Source: a virus
IMG/VR virus record: IMGVR_UViG_3300002498_000005
Location: 1 to 64,000 of that record
Reading direction: 5' to 3' (one strand)
DNA length: 64,000 nt
In this document: in pieces, positions 9,636-19,600 of the stretch
How positions within the stretch are numbered: position 1 is the first letter of the stretch
Layout: each line of letters opens with the position of its first letter
The notes under the pieces: generated by a model
The model's input: the letters and a program-made list of their open reading frames with translations, nothing else
What the model was told of the DNA's origin: nothing
The model's database searches: none
Position numbers and translations under genes: made by a program

Positions 9636-10079
9636 TTAATCTTCATAATTTTTATCAATAGCAATTACAATTCCATTTTCCATATATGGTTCATGATGTT
9701 GATAATTATTGACATATTCGTCACTCATAGGAAGATTATAGTGTTTACTGCCATTTTCATAATTTAAATTTATGGCACAAATATCTTTAACTGTATTAAT
9801 TCTTTTTTGAAATGTATCGTCATCCCATGCAGTTATATTGGAGACTTTTGAAATGTCCTTAATCCAAATATAAAACTCGCCAGCCGATTCATTTTCTGAT
9901 ACTTTGCCATTATGCCCACTATAAGCGTTAATACTAGCTGTAATTCCCCTTAAGAAGAAACATTGAATATTATCCATGCTGGTTTCAAATACTTCACAAT
10001 TTTCAAAAACAAAATCTATACTATTTAACATTTCGTTCATCTCAATTAAAACTTCCTTTTTATTTACATAATTCATCAT
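9636..10079 (-). CDS. Hypothetical phage protein
   Basis: GGAG RBS, 147 aa. Confidence 0.65.
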   Translation of the reverse strand: MMNYVNKKEVLIEMNEMLNSIDFVFENCEVFETSMDNIQCFFLRGITASINAYSGHNGKVSENESAGEFYIWIKDISKVSNITAWDDDTFQKRINTVKDICAINLNYENGSKHYNLPMSDEYVNNYQHHEPYMENGIVIAIDKNYED

Positions 10080-10329
10080 ATCTCCACGATTTATCGACCA
10101 ATGTAGTCCATAAATCTAAATCTCCAGCTTGGCAAATTACTCTTGGATTTCGACTAGACCACGGATCACCAAACTTAGCATACTTGTTATCTGTAATATG
10201 AATTCCAACATAAGCAACGCCTTTTGTGCCATCACTATAAGTAACTTCTTGTGGTTCATCTTCCATAATAAGTCCTATACATCCATATCCACAATATGCA
10301 ATACTACCTTTTTTACAAACTTTACTCAT
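10060..10329 (-). CDS. Hypothetical protein
   Basis: GAGG RBS. Confidence 0.6.
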   Translation of the reverse strand: MSKVCKKGSIAYCGYGCIGLIMEDEPQEVTYSDGTKGVAYVGIHITDNKYAKFGDPWSSRNPRVICQAGDLDLWTTLVDKSWRYDELCK

Positions 10330-10352
10330 AATAAAATACCTCTTCTATCACA

Positions 10353-10538
10353 TTAATACTGCATAAGCGTAAACTTATTTATTGTCGCCCTATCTAATAT
10401 CCCAGTAGGTGGCAATCCCATCACTCTTTGAAATGATTTTATAGCATCTTCTGTCTTATCATCAAATTTACCATTAACATCTATATCATATTTAAGCGCA
10501 CTTAATGTTTGCTGTAGGGTTATAATTATCCCATTCAT
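10353..10538 (-). CDS. Stand-alone peptidoglycan-binding domain protein (PG_binding_1)
   Basis: LQQTL..GKFDDKTEDAIKSFQ..GLPPTGILD signature. Confidence 0.75.
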   Translation of the reverse strand: MNGIIITLQQTLSALKYDIDVNGKFDDKTEDAIKSFQRVMGLPPTGILDRATINKFTLMQY

Positions 10539-10564
10539 TTCAATACCTCATTAAAATCCTTCTT

Positions 10565-10834
10565 TTATTCTTGATCAAGTTCTATTACATCTAAATTATT
10601 GATAAAATATTCGGTAACTTCTCCGAAGTAAATAATACAGACACCATCAGTAAATTTATCAAAAATGACCTTTGCATCTTCAAATTTATCCATAGCGCGT
10701 ATTGACTTTTCGACGACATTGTTTGTACCGCTATCCCAAACAAACAATTGCATAAGAGCATCTTGCCAATCTGTTGCTTCGATAATGCCTACGCTCTCAT
10801 AATTATCTTCAATAACATATAAAAATTTCTTCAT
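10565..10834 (-). CDS. Hypothetical protein
   Basis: Between sites 10552/10837. Confidence 0.6.
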   Translation of the reverse strand: MKKFLYVIEDNYESVGIIEATDWQDALMQLFVWDSGTNNVVEKSIRAMDKFEDAKVIFDKFTDGVCIIYFGEVTEYFINNLDVIELDQE

Positions 10835-10853
10835 ATTAAATCTCCTGTTTTAT

Positions 10854-11090
10854 TCATAGTATTTGACGTCGCGTAAATATTTCCTCTGCGTCTTTGCCCT
10901 CTAAAGCACCACCACAGGCAAAAGCTTTTGAGCTATTCATATCGCGTTCTTTTAAAGCCATAAGTTCATTTGGCGTACCAATATGTTCGTACATTCTTAG
11001 TTTTTCAAAGCATATCCATTTATGTGTGAACGTTTTAATCCTGCCCCTAGACGATAATTCATCACTTGTTAATCGTTTTTCAAAATCCAT
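10854..11090 (-). CDS. Hypothetical protein
   Basis: ORF between junction sites. Confidence 0.5.
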   Translation of the reverse strand: MDFEKRLTSDELSSRGRIKTFTHKWICFEKLRMYEHIGTPNELMALKERDMNSSKAFACGGALEGKDAEEIFTRRQIL

Positions 11091-11121
11091 AGCGATCCCC
11101 TTCTAATTAAAATTAGTTTTT

Positions 11122-11355
11122 TTATTTATAGTCTACGTCGGCATTATCAACAATCTTATTTAAAATTTGTTTAGCAAAATCCCTTCCCATAAATTCGGTA
11201 TCTAAAAACACTTTGCCGTTTTTATTTATTATTATGCCTAATTGTCCGAACCCTACGTTTGCGCTCCAATCAATATTTATAACTGTATTGTTGGGGAACC
11301 TAGTAGGTTGAAATGCTTCAATTTTATTTATTTCAATTTCATAGTCTTTGTCCAT
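11122..11355 (-). CDS. Hypothetical protein
   Basis: GAGGGG RBS. Confidence 0.6.
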   Translation of the reverse strand: MDKDYEIEINKIEAFQPTRFPNNTVINIDWSANVGFGQLGIIINKNGKVFLDTEFMGRDFAKQILNKIVDNADVDYK

Positions 11356-11387
11356 TAATACCCCTCGCTTACATTAAAATCGGTCTT

Positions 11388-11993
11388 TTATTTGTTTAGT
11401 AAAATTGTATATTTGTAATTAACCGTGAACGTATCGGTTCCACTCTGCTTATCACACCATTTATCTAAAAAATCTTGCAATTCTTGTTCGTCTACAATGT
11501 TTGAGTAAGCGTCTTCGTGCAATTCTTCACATGCTTGTTCTATAACATTACCAGCGTCAATTGAAATAATATCTTTAGTGGTAGACCACACATACTCTGG
11601 AATTCCAACATTATTATCATTACAATCATCAATTAACTCTTCTATATCTGAAAAATATCCCTCATTATAACTATAAGATTCTGAAAATAGCATTTCCTTA
11701 TGATCGTCTGGTACTTCTTCATAATTTGCTTTAATGGCTTTATCAAATCTATTTCGTTCTGATTTTATAGAATCAAATTTTCTACATTGCGGATTTTGGC
11801 ACATACCCCTCTTTGGCTGGTGACATATCGGACATAATGTTAAAACACCATCATAACAAACTGGACATTTTTCAATATATCCTCTTTTTGTATCTTGAAG
11901 CCATCCGATTCCGCCACATGTATCGCACAATATTTCATTTTCTTTTGGCTCTTTTGGTAGTAGTTGAATTTTGTCTACTATTTTATCTAACAT
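11388..11993 (-). CDS. Zinc-finger (CxxCxGxG) protein with acidic C-terminus
   Basis: CDTCGGIG, CPVC, CPIC motifs. Confidence 0.65.
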   Translation of the reverse strand: MLDKIVDKIQLLPKEPKENEILCDTCGGIGWLQDTKRGYIEKCPVCYDGVLTLCPICHQPKRGMCQNPQCRKFDSIKSERNRFDKAIKANYEEVPDDHKEMLFSESYSYNEGYFSDIEELIDDCNDNNVGIPEYVWSTTKDIISIDAGNVIEQACEELHEDAYSNIVDEQELQDFLDKWCDKQSGTDTFTVNYKYTILLNK

Positions 11994-12024
11994 GGTTTTA
12001 TTCCTTTCGATTAAAACTAATCAT

Positions 12025-12243
12025 TTATCTACAAATTTTAAATTTGTTTTCTGGTACTTTAAATTCTTCATTATTTTTATCATAAAAATGGCAACCGCTA
12101 AACTTATTATTATATAAGAAACAATCATCTGGCAATTTTATCTTTATATGATTTTCTGTCAGTTTCATATCTGCGCCTATAATAACACTAAATTTTAATT
12201 TTATTAATAATTTACATAATATCGTACCTAATAATATCCTCAT
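12025..12243 (-). CDS. Hypothetical protein
   Basis: Between sites 12012/12255. Confidence 0.5.
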   Translation of the reverse strand: MRILLGTILCKLLIKLKFSVIIGADMKLTENHIKIKLPDDCFLYNNKFSGCHFYDKNNEEFKVPENKFKICR

Positions 12244-12267
12244 AATTTACCCCTTAAAACTTTTATT

Positions 12268-12495
12268 TTAATCATTTTTTATAACATCAGTTACAGTTAA
12301 TTCAACAAGCTCCCATTTAGAACATTGTTTTTGATAACTAGGGATACTATTATAATGCTTAAGAGCCGTTGATTGATTTTTAAAAACAAGCTTCTTATTA
12401 TAATCGTATGTTTTAAGGCAACTATCCTCTAAAATAGCATAAAATTTGTTCATTATAGACTCCCTTTTATAAACTTTGAACTCAATATATCCCAT
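12268..12495 (-). CDS. Hypothetical protein (start likely MNKF)
   Basis: AGGGAG before internal ATG; stop in site 12255. Confidence 0.55.
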   Translation of the reverse strand: MGYIEFKVYKRESIMNKFYAILEDSCLKTYDYNKKLVFKNQSTALKHYNSIPSYQKQCSKWELVELTVTDVIKND

Positions 12496-12818
12496 GCCCC
12501 TCTGATCGCCTTATGTTGCAGAACCAATTTCCCACTTAATCCATCATAGGGTACAATTGTATAATTTGTAGCCTTTGCTGAACATCTACCATTATTTAAT
12601 GTCCATACATCTACCGTAACTATGTCAATAGTATTTGAATGTATTACAGAGTTTCTCAATTTTAAATCAACAGGACTATCAGAGACGTCTAAAATATAAT
12701 ATTTTAAATTTCGTCCACTTTGATTAAAATTTATGTTGTCTTCATTTATTATCAACGACCAAGATACTGCGCCACCCAAAGATGTGTCCATATAGTGCAA
12801 TCTTTCATATCTGCGCAT
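12453..12818 (-). CDS. Hypothetical protein
   Basis: AGGGG RBS. Confidence 0.55.
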   Translation of the reverse strand: MRRYERLHYMDTSLGGAVSWSLIINEDNINFNQSGRNLKYYILDVSDSPVDLKLRNSVIHSNTIDIVTVDVWTLNNGRCSAKATNYTIVPYDGLSGKLVLQHKAIRGAWDILSSKFIKGSL

Positions 12819-12844
12819 TTAATTAACGCCCCTTTGTTTTAATT

Positions 12845-13030
12845 CTATTCATAATCTTCTATAATCATTGTAAGTGCTCCAAACCCAATACCAGCTATTA
12901 CCATCATTATCATTCCTGCCCAAAATAAGTCCTTATAAATTAGAATCCCACCAAAACTAATAAGTAAAGTGATTACCAATTGTAGAAACCCCGTTATAAT
13001 ATATTTTCTCATAATATCTCTTTCCTTCAT
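12845..13030 (-). CDS. Small two-TM membrane protein
   Basis: Hydrophobic segments. Confidence 0.55.
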   Translation of the reverse strand: MKERDIMRKYIITGFLQLVITLLISFGGILIYKDLFWAGMIMMVIAGIGFGALTMIIEDYE

Positions 13031-13037
13031 AAAATAG

Positions 13038-13286
13038 TCATTTTAATTCATAATCTCTGTCAAAAAGTTCCCAAAGAATTTTCGAACTCTTTTCGCCTAT
13101 AAGCTTAACGCTTGCTTCATATGAATCCTTTTGGTTAGCGTTATCAATTAATTTGGTTACTATATGGTTTAAAAGCGTTTCCACTTCATCTAAATTATTC
13201 AGTGCTTTCGCATCAATATTTGATTCACCATGAGATATATAAGTACCAACTAACTTATCAACTATTTCTGTAATTTCTAATTGCAT
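13038..13286 (-). CDS. Hypothetical protein
   Basis: GAGGG RBS. Confidence 0.6.
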   Translation of the reverse strand: MQLEITEIVDKLVGTYISHGESNIDAKALNNLDEVETLLNHIVTKLIDNANQKDSYEASVKLIGEKSSKILWELFDRDYELK

Positions 13287-13403
13287 TTTATACCCTCTAA
13301 TCTCGTCTGTTTTTTACCAATATAATAAGACATACAAATGACTTTTATTTCTTCATTAGTCAATCGCCTATTAAGTTTTCTGCTTGCCATTGCAATAATA
13401 CTA

Positions 13404-13652
13404 TTAACTTTCATCTTCGATCACCTTAATATACAACAACCCATTATTATCGTCATTATTTATATAAAACCCATACGTAGGTCGCAAGTAGGATACAGTT
13501 TCTATGTCCTTCCTAAGTTCCTCAAATGATGGCATCTTATCTTTAGAAGCGTTAGAACAAAGAAATTTATAAGCGACCTCAAAGTTGCTACCTTCAAATG
13601 TTTTCAATTCTTCAAAATGCTCATCGCGTCCTTTTGATATAATAAATCTCAT
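13404..13652 (-). CDS. Hypothetical protein
   Basis: GGGGG RBS. Confidence 0.55.
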   Translation of the reverse strand: MRFIISKGRDEHFEELKTFEGSNFEVAYKFLCSNASKDKMPSFEELRKDIETVSYLRPTYGFYINNDDNNGLLYIKVIEDES

Positions 13653-13681
13653 TTAATCCCCCTTAATTTAAAACAGACATC

Positions 13682-14167
13682 TTATTCTTTATTATTTAAC
13701 CATTGTTGTGCAAACAATTCGTCCATTGCTTCATTAACTAAGGCATCGGCACGATTGTTCCCATCGTTGTTAGCATGTCCCACACATTTTGTAAAAGAAA
13801 TTTCTCTGAACTCATTCTTTAATTGCACAAGCCGTTGCCATAGTTCTTTATTTTCAACTGGCTTTTTATCAGCCTTACGCCAACCCTTTTTAATCCAATT
13901 ATCTACCCATTGATTAATGCCAGTAATTACATATTGACTGTCCATAACTACTTCGGTTATTATAGTCTTATCCCTGATAGCTTCTAGCCCCTTAATACAA
14001 GAAGTAAGCTCCATTATATTGTTGGTGGTATTCCTAGTAGCCCCTTTTAATTCTTTGATTAGTTGCCCAGAATTATAGTTTAAAACTACGCCCCAACCGC
14101 CAATATTGTTATCTTTACTTTGATTATTGCGACATCCCCCGTCAGCCCACACTTGAATTAAATCCAT
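13682..14167 (-). CDS. rnhA: Ribonuclease HI
   Basis: ADGG, TTNNIMEL, DSQYV, W..KGW..PVENKELW, GH..GNNRADAL. Confidence 0.93.
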   Translation of the reverse strand: MDLIQVWADGGCRNNQSKDNNIGGWGVVLNYNSGQLIKELKGATRNTTNNIMELTSCIKGLEAIRDKTIITEVVMDSQYVITGINQWVDNWIKKGWRKADKKPVENKELWQRLVQLKNEFREISFTKCVGHANNDGNNRADALVNEAMDELFAQQWLNNKE

Positions 14168-14356
14168 ATGACCTCCTAAAATAAAACAGTAAATTTATTT
14201 ATCCTTTTTATTTTTTGTATCTCTAAATATAAAAAACCAAATTAAAAAATATCCTAATGATATGATTACAATATATCCCAAAAAACTAATAATATCTTTT
14301 AATATAAGCCCAATAGCTATACCCCACATATTTACACCTCATATTTTTAAATTTTG

Positions 14357-14498
14357 TGAAGAAGGCGAGATTGACTACTCACATGAAAGATTTTATTGAC
14401 CGACACTCTTGGATTCGAACCACTGAGTTTGCAGAATCGAACTGCGCTTCACTCTTTCTAGCGTCCACTTGCATAGCGTATATTTCCGCCACTTCTTC
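14357..14498 (-). ncRNA. tRNA-framed structured RNA with extra T-loop hairpins
   Basis: GAAGAAG/CTTCTTC acceptor stem, TGGCGGAA..ACGC D arm, GTGAG/CTCGC T-like arm, internal GCAGTTCGATTCTGC and TGGTTCGAATCCA. Confidence 0.6.
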
Positions 14499-14533
14499 AT
14501 ATTTAACTTATTCTTCTAAATAAAACATAAATT

Positions 14534-15211
14534 TTATTCGCTTTTAAAATTTTCATTTCCTTTAATGACTAGCCAGCTTTTTATTTTGTTAAATCTTTCA
14601 GTATCGAACTTTAAGTTTGGAGGCTGAAACCAATCGTCCCAGTCTAAATCGCGTTTTGAAGAATTGCATTGCTTACACGCTAAGACACAATTCTCAATGC
14701 CACCCGATCCATCGTTATATGCATGATCTTTATGTAGTTTTTGACCGTATAGGCTAATTGCTTCTCTTTCTGAAATTCCACAATACATACAAGATGATTC
14801 ACAATATGTATAAAGCTCTTGCAATTCTTCCTTAGAGATATTATGGCTTTTGTTTTTTGTATGGCGCTCTGCATATTCATGAATCTTATCACGATTATTG
14901 TTCGCCCATTGTTTCATTTGATTTTTAAAATCTTTGTTCTGTCTTCGTCTTATTTCCCTATATTTTTCAGTACGTTTAAACTTTTTTAGTCCCTTTTCAT
15001 AATCCTCCATATGATTTAATTTATACTTATAGGATTTTGCCGAAACACATGTTTTACAATTTGGGAATAATCCATCGGTTTTATTTTTGTTGTTTTTATA
15101 AAAATAATTTTCACTACAGGGATACCATTTTTTGCATTCTTTACATTGTTTTTCTAAAATATTATTATGAATTCTATGATTGTCCTCAAATTTAGTTCTT
15201 TGACCTCTCAT
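14534..15211 (-). CDS. HNH endonuclease with N-terminal zinc finger
   Basis: CMYCG..KDH..NCVLACKQCNSSK. Confidence 0.85.
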   Translation of the reverse strand: MRGQRTKFEDNHRIHNNILEKQCKECKKWYPCSENYFYKNNKNKTDGLFPNCKTCVSAKSYKYKLNHMEDYEKGLKKFKRTEKYREIRRRQNKDFKNQMKQWANNNRDKIHEYAERHTKNKSHNISKEELQELYTYCESSCMYCGISEREAISLYGQKLHKDHAYNDGSGGIENCVLACKQCNSSKRDLDWDDWFQPPNLKFDTERFNKIKSWLVIKGNENFKSE

Positions 15212-15220
15212 ATTTTGACC

Positions 15221-15550
15221 TCAATTTACATTTTCCAAAAATCTTATTCCATAGTTCTGCCCGCGTTTTATGAAAGTCCATACGGCATTTATTTTACCAT
15301 ATTCTATTTTCGCATTTTGAACCATGGTAAGCATATCTTTCATAAACATATTATGTTCAAGTCCTTCATCGTCTACTAAAGTAAATGTTGCTGAACTTTG
15401 ACCTCTTGACATATCAGACGCAGTTAATATTTTTTCAAAAGTATAGTTTTGTTTCCATATTATATCTGTTGTATTCCATCCAACATAAGATATCAATTCT
15501 TTGGTTTTAATAGAAAATGGAATTTCTATATCTGCAATTTTATAATTCAA
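15221..15550 (-). CDS. Hypothetical phage protein
   Basis: AGGAG RBS, TTG start. Confidence 0.6.
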   Translation of the reverse strand: MNYKIADIEIPFSIKTKELISYVGWNTTDIIWKQNYTFEKILTASDMSRGQSSATFTLVDDEGLEHNMFMKDMLTMVQNAKIEYGKINAVWTFIKRGQNYGIRFLENVN

Positions 15551-15578
15551 TTATTTTCTCCTAATTAAAAGTATGATT

Positions 15579-15773
15579 TTATTTACTTTTCATATTAAGC
15601 CATTCTGTCCAACATTGTTTACATTCCCCTAATCGTCGAGATGGATATGGGCAAGTTTTATATCTACCGCGCCTTTTTGAACCAAACCTATATGGGCATA
15701 TATTTAAATTATAATAAAACTCCGCCCACCACTCTAGTGGGTATTCTTTAATTTTATCAAAATTAGTTTTCAT
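15579..15773 (-). CDS. Small Cys-rich protein
   Basis: MKTNFDKIK..C..WL pattern; stop in site 15566. Confidence 0.55.
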   Translation of the reverse strand: MKTNFDKIKEYPLEWWAEFYYNLNICPYRFGSKRRGRYKTCPYPSRRLGECKQCWTEWLNMKSK

Positions 15774-15981
15774 AATGATTATTTACCATCTTTAATTTCT
15801 TCTAATGATAATATATATTTTTTACCATCAACCTCAAATTGGATTTCTCCACCATTAAAAAAATCAATACAGCCGTCATGTTTCCAAGCCTTAAACAATA
15901 CATTTTCAATGTTTTGTTGTATAACTTCTATAATATCTATTTGGTACATTTTTATTTCTCCTTTATTATAAAGTTGTTCTT

Positions 15982-16221
15982 TTATTTATTATTTTTAAGC
16001 ACCAACATTAAACTTTCAATGTCTTCAGCGCTCTCGTCAAATGCCCTATAACTGGGATAATATCGTACCCAGCCCCCTTGACATTGATTAAAATTCCCCA
16101 CTTTAATTACTGTTTCAACCTTTTGTTCATTTATCAGATTAAGAACTTGTTTTTCATGTTCGTTTTCTGGCGTTAATACAATTTGTGAAAGATTATTTTC
16201 GATAATTAATATTGATTTCAT
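15982..16221 (-). CDS. Hypothetical protein
   Basis: GAGGAG RBS. Confidence 0.6.
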   Translation of the reverse strand: MKSILIIENNLSQIVLTPENEHEKQVLNLINEQKVETVIKVGNFNQCQGGWVRYYPSYRAFDESAEDIESLMLVLKNNK

Positions 16222-16267
16222 TTTTTCTCCTCTCTCCCCTTCAAAGCATTATATTGTTAATAATCTA

Positions 16268-16540
16268 TTAATGAGGATTAATAGTTACTGATATTGCGCC
16301 GTCACCAGCTTTTACTTGATAGGTGATAATTAATTCCCTGTCCTGAAACGTAAGCCAGATATCTTTTGCATTATTTTCTATTTTTTTAGGGGGTTCTCCA
16401 ATCATCATTTTCTCTTGCTTCCATATATATATGTCTTGAGCATTCTTTATCTCAAGCTCATATTTCCCCTCTGGTAAATTCTTAAATAAATCTAACATCT
16501 TTATCCCTTCTTCTGGTGCCGACATTAATGTCGCTACCAA
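16268..16540 (-). CDS. Hypothetical protein (start likely MLDL)
   Basis: GAAGGG before internal ATG. Confidence 0.5.
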   Translation of the reverse strand: MVATLMSAPEEGIKMLDLFKNLPEGKYELEIKNAQDIYIWKQEKMMIGEPPKKIENNAKDIWLTFQDRELIITYQVKAGDGAISVTINPH

Positions 16541-16549
16541 ATAAACGCA

Positions 16550-17014
16550 CTATTTTATTTTGTTCCACTGCACCCAAGACGTTGTACACATGTCCGTATA
16601 TTTAGTATGTGGTAAAGAAAAAGAGTAGTCGTATACAATATCAGAAGTACGAGGTTGTTGAACATGTTCAAACTTTTGTTCATAAGGTTCGCCATATTTA
16701 TCTTGTATTTGCATTTGTAGTTCAATGCTCTTATCTCTAAGTCCTGGATTAATATGATAAGTCCAATTTTGTGCCTGTGTATATTTATGCTTAAAAGCAA
16801 TTATATTATTATATTTATCATAATAATTCCTTTTAATAGTTTGAGGTGGAAAATCATCAACATTATTGTCATATCTATTGATATTGTTTGATTTAACAAA
16901 ATCTAAAAATTCTTCCTTATTTACTTCTGTATAATCTGGGATATTCTTTTCAATTATATCTCGAACATTCCATATTATTTCTGTAATTTTTGTATCTATT
17001 AAATACTTTGCCAT
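16550..17014 (-). CDS. Hypothetical protein, paralog of 24455-24907
   Basis: Shared NIPDY..VN..EF, NYYDKY.NIIA.K, YxINP.LRD. Confidence 0.75.
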   Translation of the reverse strand: MAKYLIDTKITEIIWNVRDIIEKNIPDYTEVNKEEFLDFVKSNNINRYDNNVDDFPPQTIKRNYYDKYNNIIAFKHKYTQAQNWTYHINPGLRDKSIELQMQIQDKYGEPYEQKFEHVQQPRTSDIVYDYSFSLPHTKYTDMCTTSWVQWNKIK

Positions 17015-17257
17015 AATACTTCTCCCAATAAAACTACTATGCTATCTTCCCGACATTAATGTCGGCGACATAAAAACTATATTTTATTAACTAATTCATT
17101 AATTACTTTTAAGCAATCAAAACAAATATGAGTTGCGTCACCATGCCCACGCCAAGTTTTAAAATACACTACAAATTCTGTATCTTTTTTTATTAATTTA
17201 TCACAAACTTTACAATGTGCATCTTGTTTTGTTTTTCTAATTTCTAAATTATTCATA

Positions 17258-17674
17258 TTAACCTGCTTTCGGAGGTGGGGTACTCGGTCTTGGTTGTGAT
17301 GGTGGGTTATCATTCCCTCCATAAATTATATAGCTTTCGTTTAGCGGTTTTGATTTTTGTATTGACCCGCCTTTAGAGGAAGCATATTTGGTCTTAGTTG
17401 CGAAGGTGCCACTATGTATATAGCTTTCATTTAACTCTCTTATTATTGATGTTGGGATGTCTGCTTCATTTAAACCATGCCAAACCCATTTATCTTCTTT
17501 AGTAGCGCCATCTCTACCGCCACAACAACCACCAATATCACAATATTCATATGATGGGTATAATGCTTTATCACAATGCCCACAAACCGCACAATCAGCG
17601 TATATTTTTAATTCCGCCTTAAGCTGTTTATTTTCTGCTTCTAACTGCTCAATTATATTGGATTCAAAACTCAT
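17258..17674 (-). CDS. Hypothetical Cys-containing protein
   Basis: GGGG RBS; CAVCGHC. Confidence 0.5.
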   Translation of the reverse strand: MSFESNIIEQLEAENKQLKAELKIYADCAVCGHCDKALYPSYEYCDIGGCCGGRDGATKEDKWVWHGLNEADIPTSIIRELNESYIHSGTFATKTKYASSKGGSIQKSKPLNESYIIYGGNDNPPSQPRPSTPPPKAG

Positions 17675-17686
17675 TTTGTTTTCCCC

Positions 17687-17872
17687 TTATACTATCGGTT
17701 TACGATATTCACTATTAAACACTTCATTAGATGCATCGCAACTTTTTTGTAGGTCTCTGACTGATTCCTCTTCCGTTTCTCCGTGCCCATAGATAGTTAA
17801 TTGACCATCAAATTCTTTTATACAAGAAACCCAACTACCGTCGGCATGTTGTTTTGACTGAACGCTACCCAC
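17687..17872 (-). CDS. HicB-like small protein
   Basis: WVSCIKEF..YGHGETEEESVRDL resembles the HicB N-terminal domain. Confidence 0.5.
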   Translation of the reverse strand: MGSVQSKQHADGSWVSCIKEFDGQLTIYGHGETEEESVRDLQKSCDASNEVFNSEYRKPIV

Positions 17873-17911
17873 ACTGCTTGTCCCCCTTTTTAGTAAATTA
17901 AAAGCGTCGTT

Positions 17912-18700
17912 TTATTTGTTTAACTCTATTTGAAAATTATATTTCATAATATCTAAAAGAACATTATTTAATATGTTTTCACATTCTTTATTAACGAATA
18001 AAGCATTATTACGCATATATTCATTTTTAATGTTAACTATCTTATTGGTTAAACCTTGGGCAATTTTACGGGCTTCTTCAAGATTATATAGCCCCTTTTT
18101 AACATTAATCATATATTCTCTGCGCTTATAAAAAAGACAATCGATATATGGTTCCCCATTAATATATCTTGATAAAAATTCATACAAGCGGATAATGTGT
18201 GAAAGTTGTTTAAAATCGTAACCGTATTTTTTAATCTTATCAATTAGCGTAGGGTAAGGGTGTTCCATAGCTTTATATTTTTCTAAACTCATACCCGACA
18301 TACAATTAACACTCGCATAATTATTATATCGCGCTATCAATTCTGCATTATTCAAAAGCGGTTGAAATAAACTTTGGTATTTTGGGTTTAAGACTTTATA
18401 TTTAGTGAATAATATCTCTACAAAGTTTATATTTTGTTTCTTAAAACAATCGAACATAAGTCTAATGTCTTTTAAATCAATATGCTCATTATTGTCTAAT
18501 ATCAAGGTTGTGCTGACGGGACTTTTAGTGAGTACAAAATCATTGAACTTCGGCAAAATAATTGCCTTACTGTCAATGTCACTGTCTTCATAATGAAGAT
18601 TATAGTTCTGCGATCCTTGAAGAAATACACCCACAACTTCGTGTCCTTTATCGATTACTATATCATAATGTTCTTGTATTCTTTTTTGAATTTCGTCCAT
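17912..18700 (-). CDS. Nucleotidyltransferase (Pol-beta superfamily)
   Basis: GSQNY..DSDID motif. Confidence 0.8.
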   Translation of the reverse strand: MDEIQKRIQEHYDIVIDKGHEVVGVFLQGSQNYNLHYEDSDIDSKAIILPKFNDFVLTKSPVSTTLILDNNEHIDLKDIRLMFDCFKKQNINFVEILFTKYKVLNPKYQSLFQPLLNNAELIARYNNYASVNCMSGMSLEKYKAMEHPYPTLIDKIKKYGYDFKQLSHIIRLYEFLSRYINGEPYIDCLFYKRREYMINVKKGLYNLEEARKIAQGLTNKIVNIKNEYMRNNALFVNKECENILNNVLLDIMKYNFQIELNK

Positions 18701-19593
18701 TAATGTGCCTCCAAATCCGCTTGATGTAATAGCATTATTTCGTCATAAAATGCTTGCCCAACCAAATTGATAAATTTATTTTTTGCTTTTTCGGTTTCAA
18801 TAAAAAACGGTTGCATATGCCAGAGTATATATCCAGCCCTTGATATCCTGTCACAGTCTATTTCATAAAACAAACTATCATATGCTGATACTAAATGATG
18901 CTGAAAATAATGTGCTATATCTGTAGTTTCGCCTTTTGCATTTTTAAATTCTTTGGTAAATCGCTTGCCTATATCATGCAATAAAGCCGCCTGAAAAAGT
19001 TCAATTGTGATAGCGTCTATATTATATGCACATTCTAAACAATGCTGTCCTATAGTCTTTGTATGGTGTGGGTTATGTTGGCTTATATTATCTAATCCAT
19101 TCTCACCGTAAAATAGTGTATTTAAATTAAAGTCTTCCTTATTAAAATTATTAATTATATTAATTTTTTGCCAGCCTTCGTAATACTGAGGTATATAAAA
19201 ATTAAGATACATTCTTTTAATTACATAATCTGGGACTTGTCTTTCTCTTAACTTATTTTGTTCTAAGCACTTTTCATAAGGTGTGGCAACTAGATAACAA
19301 ATCTTTTCGCAATTAAAACTTTTTAATCCTTCGAGAAATGATTTACGTTTTTTATAACTAATATTACAAGCGTCATATATAACATTTATGCCCTGTGACA
19401 ATAAATCTTTAACACGCCTATGTAGTTCAGCAAATACTTCATCATTATGTTCTTGGTCTTTTGTATCGCCATATAATTCTTCTCTTAGCTTGTCCGAAGA
19501 AAGTATAGTGGCATTATATTCTTTTGCTAATTTCTGTGTGTATGTACTCTTACCGCTTGCGGGGAGTCCGACCATCAAAATTATTTTTGCCAT
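18700..19593 (-). CDS. Polynucleotide kinase (AAA_33) fused to HD phosphohydrolase
   Basis: GLPASGKST, SSDxxR, H..ALLHDIGK..HH..AD. Confidence 0.85.
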   Translation of the reverse strand: MAKIILMVGLPASGKSTYTQKLAKEYNATILSSDKLREELYGDTKDQEHNDEVFAELHRRVKDLLSQGINVIYDACNISYKKRKSFLEGLKSFNCEKICYLVATPYEKCLEQNKLRERQVPDYVIKRMYLNFYIPQYYEGWQKINIINNFNKEDFNLNTLFYGENGLDNISQHNPHHTKTIGQHCLECAYNIDAITIELFQAALLHDIGKRFTKEFKNAKGETTDIAHYFQHHLVSAYDSLFYEIDCDRISRAGYILWHMQPFFIETEKAKNKFINLVGQAFYDEIMLLHQADLEAH

Positions 19594-19600
19594 GCTTACC

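Noticed and set aside
14357-14498. Canonical tRNA or tmRNA
   Set aside because: No anticodon arm, too short for tmRNA, and no tag ORF or Ala acceptor identity
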